The notes under the pieces were generated by a model. It worked only from the letters and a program-made list of their open reading frames with translations, searched no databases and was not told the origin of the DNA. Below, one piece after another: positions 62,518 through 64,000 of a stretch of DNA of 64,000 nt. Position numbers and translations under genes: made by a program. The DNA is from an uncultured Acidobacteriota bacterium (GTDB taxonomy: Bacteria; Acidobacteriota; Vicinamibacteria; Vicinamibacterales; SCN-69-37). The stretch spans positions 64,549 through 128,548 of the forward strand of contig CAVTWK010000005.1 in assembly GCA_963738485.1 (NCBI GenBank). The letters are read 5' to 3'. Each line of letters starts with the position of its first letter. Within the stretch, counting starts at the first letter, position 1.

Positions 62518-64000
62518 CTGAACGAGTTCGCGCCTTCTGTTCGTGAGTGGTTTGCGCAGTCCTTTGGTGCGCCGACCGACGCGCAGTTCCAGGGATGGCC
62601 GGCCATCGCGCGCGGCGACTCTACGCTCATCCTGGCGCCGACCGGCTCGGGCAAGACGCTCGCGGCGTTCCTCTGGTGTCTGAACCGGCTGATGTTCTCG
62701 CCCGTCCCCCCGGCCGGACGACGGTGCCGCGTCCTGTACGTCTCGCCACTGAAGGCGCTGGCGGTGGACGTCGAACGCAACCTGCGCGCGCCGTTCGTGG
62801 GCATTGCGGCCCGGGCGCAGGCCACCGGTGCGGCGTTTGCGTCGCCGACGATCGCGATTCGCACGGGTGACACGCCGCAGGCCGAGCGGGCCCGGTTTCA
62901 GCGCGCGCCTGCCGACATCTTGATCACGACGCCCGAGTCGCTCTACCTGCTGCTGACGTCGAACGCCCGTGAGGCCCTGCGATCGATCGAGACGGTGATC
63001 ATCGACGAGATCCACGCGCTCGTGCCGTCCAAGCGCGGGGCGCATCTGGCGCTGTCGCTCGAGCGGCTGCAGGCGATCACCGCCGCCCCCCTTCAGCGCA
63101 TCGGCCTCTCGGCGACCCAGCGCCCGCTGGACGAAGTGGCGCGCTATCTCGGCGGCGTCGCGGCTTCGTCGAGTGCTCTGCCGGTCTCCTCGACGAAGAG
63201 GCGCGCCGGCTCCAAGGCCCGAAAGGGGCCCACGGCCAGGAGCAAGGCCAGCGCGGCGCTCGTGGCCGCGGAAGCAGCGCCGCAGTCCGTGCACGACGAG
63301 TTCGCCGATACGCGCCGGGGGATCAAGTACCGCCCCGTGACGATCGTGGACGCCGGGCAGCGGAAGCCGCTCAAGCTGTCGATCGAGGTCCCGGTCGAGG
63401 ACATGGCCCGGATCGGGACGCCGGTTGAGCTTGCCAGTGGACCGACGTCAGCCGCGCCGCGATCTTCGATCTGGAGCGCGATCCATCCACGGCTGGTCGA
63501 GCTGATTCGATCGCATCGGTCAACGCTGATCTTCGTCAACAGCCGCCGCCTGGCCGAGCGCCTCGCCGGCGCGATCAACGAGCTGGCGGGGGAGACCCTG
63601 GCGCTCGCGCACCACGGGTCGGTCGCGCGTGAGCAGCGCAACGAGATCGAAGACCGGCTGAAGGCGGGCACGCTGCCTGCGCTGGCCGCGACCTCCTCAC
63701 TCGAACTCGGCATCGACATGGGCGCGATCGATCTCGTCATCCAGATCGAGGCGCCACCCTCGGTGGCCAGCGGGTTGCAGCGCATCGGTCGCGCCGGGCA
63801 TCAGGTGGGTGCCGCCAGCGAAGGCATCATCTTTCCCAAGTTCCGCGGCGACCTGCTGGCTTGTGCGGCCGTCGCGCGCGCGATGTTCGACGGACGCGTC
63901 GAGGCGACCCGCTATCCGCGCAACCCGCTCGACGTGCTCGCCCAGCAGATCGTGGCGATGGTGGCGGTCGAGCCCTGGGACGTTGATGCCCTGTTCGCGC
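62518..64000 (+). CDS. lhr: ATP-dependent DEAD/DEAH-box helicase Lhr, 5' part (3' end outside the window; start unresolved)
   Basis: Open frame to the window end, so it is absent from the ORF track. 'FAPSVREWFAQSFGAPTDAQFQGWPAI..GDSTLILAPTGSGKTLAAFL', 'IIDEIHAL', 'GLSATQRP', 'LIFVNSRR' and 'HHGSVAREQRNEIEDRLKAG' match Lhr. The only nearby ATG (62498, 'MPSRAAA') is one base out of frame. Confidence 0.85.
   Translation, partial: MNEFAPSVREWFAQSFGAPTDAQFQGWPAIARGDSTLILAPTGSGKTLAAFLWCLNRLMFSPVPPAGRRCRVLYVSPLKALAVDVERNLRAPFVGIAARAQATGAAFASPTIAIRTGDTPQAERARFQRAPADILITTPESLYLLLTSNAREALRSIETVIIDEIHALVPSKRGAHLALSLERLQAITAAPLQRIGLSATQRPLDEVARYLGGVAASSSALPVSSTKRRAGSKARKGPTARSKASAALVAAEAAPQSVHDEFADTRRGIKYRPVTIVDAGQRKPLKLSIEVPVEDMARIGTPVELASGPTSAAPRSSIWSAIHPRLVELIRSHRSTLIFVNSRRLAERLAGAINELAGETLALAHHGSVAREQRNEIEDRLKAGTLPALAATSSLELGIDMGAIDLVIQIEAPPSVASGLQRIGRAGHQVGAASEGIIFPKFRGDLLACAAVARAMFDGRVEATRYPRNPLDVLAQQIVAMVAVEPWDVDALFA

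Overview
High-GC bacterial chromosome segment (roughly two-thirds G+C by eye), very probably from an acidobacterium. Support for that: a TIGR03436-style 'VWFA-related acidobacterial domain' protein, a BlaI/BlaR1-type pair, and the overall gene content.

Layout:
(1) 1-17.4 kb: surface-polysaccharide locus. It holds GT2/GT4 glycosyltransferases, a CDP-glucose pathway operon (rfbF-rfbG plus reductase/epimerase/FAD enzyme), a WecA-like initiating transferase and a Wzy/WaaL-like membrane protein.
(2) 17.5-21.4 kb: two tandem secreted PQQ-type sugar dehydrogenase paralogs, each ending in four copies of an unrecognised two-cysteine mini-module.
(3) 21.6-33.9 kb: nuo (complex I) operon in the order A-B-C-[gmhA-like SIS gene]-D-E-F-H-J-K-L-M-N, so nuoG and nuoI are missing.
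(4) 34.7-37.7 kb: BlaI-family repressor plus M56 BlaR1-like sensor protease, embedded in repeat-laden spacers.
(5) A hypothetical gene, a cold-shock gene and purH.
(6) 40.6-47.3 kb: LPS-core/heptose cluster with two GT-C membrane transferases, heptose-7-P kinase, an O-antigen-ligase-like protein, a GT9 heptosyltransferase and Trm112.
(7) 47.4-56.9 kb: conserved housekeeping block TPR - LolB-like lipoprotein - ispE - tRNA-Gln - prs - rplY - pth - rpsF - rpsR - rplI - dnaB - alr.
(8) A lipoprotein, radA, the VWFA protein, a PIN/TRAM protein and the 5' part of lhr.

I found no transposase, integrase, CRISPR/cas or recognisable defence or toxin genes.

Two window-wide properties stand out:
(a) About 19 single-base frame disruptions hit otherwise well-conserved genes, including essential ones (rpsF, ispE). 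This most likely reflects indel errors in the assembly.
(b) The intergenic DNA is unusually structured. It contains three 110-185-nt near-perfect palindromes, 8-9-nt microsatellite-like arrays, and a dispersed family of short words (AGTCCYGG / GCTTCGCnGAAGTCC / TTCACCGCGRAG) arranged in roughly 20-, 39-, 62- and 90-nt periodic blocks.
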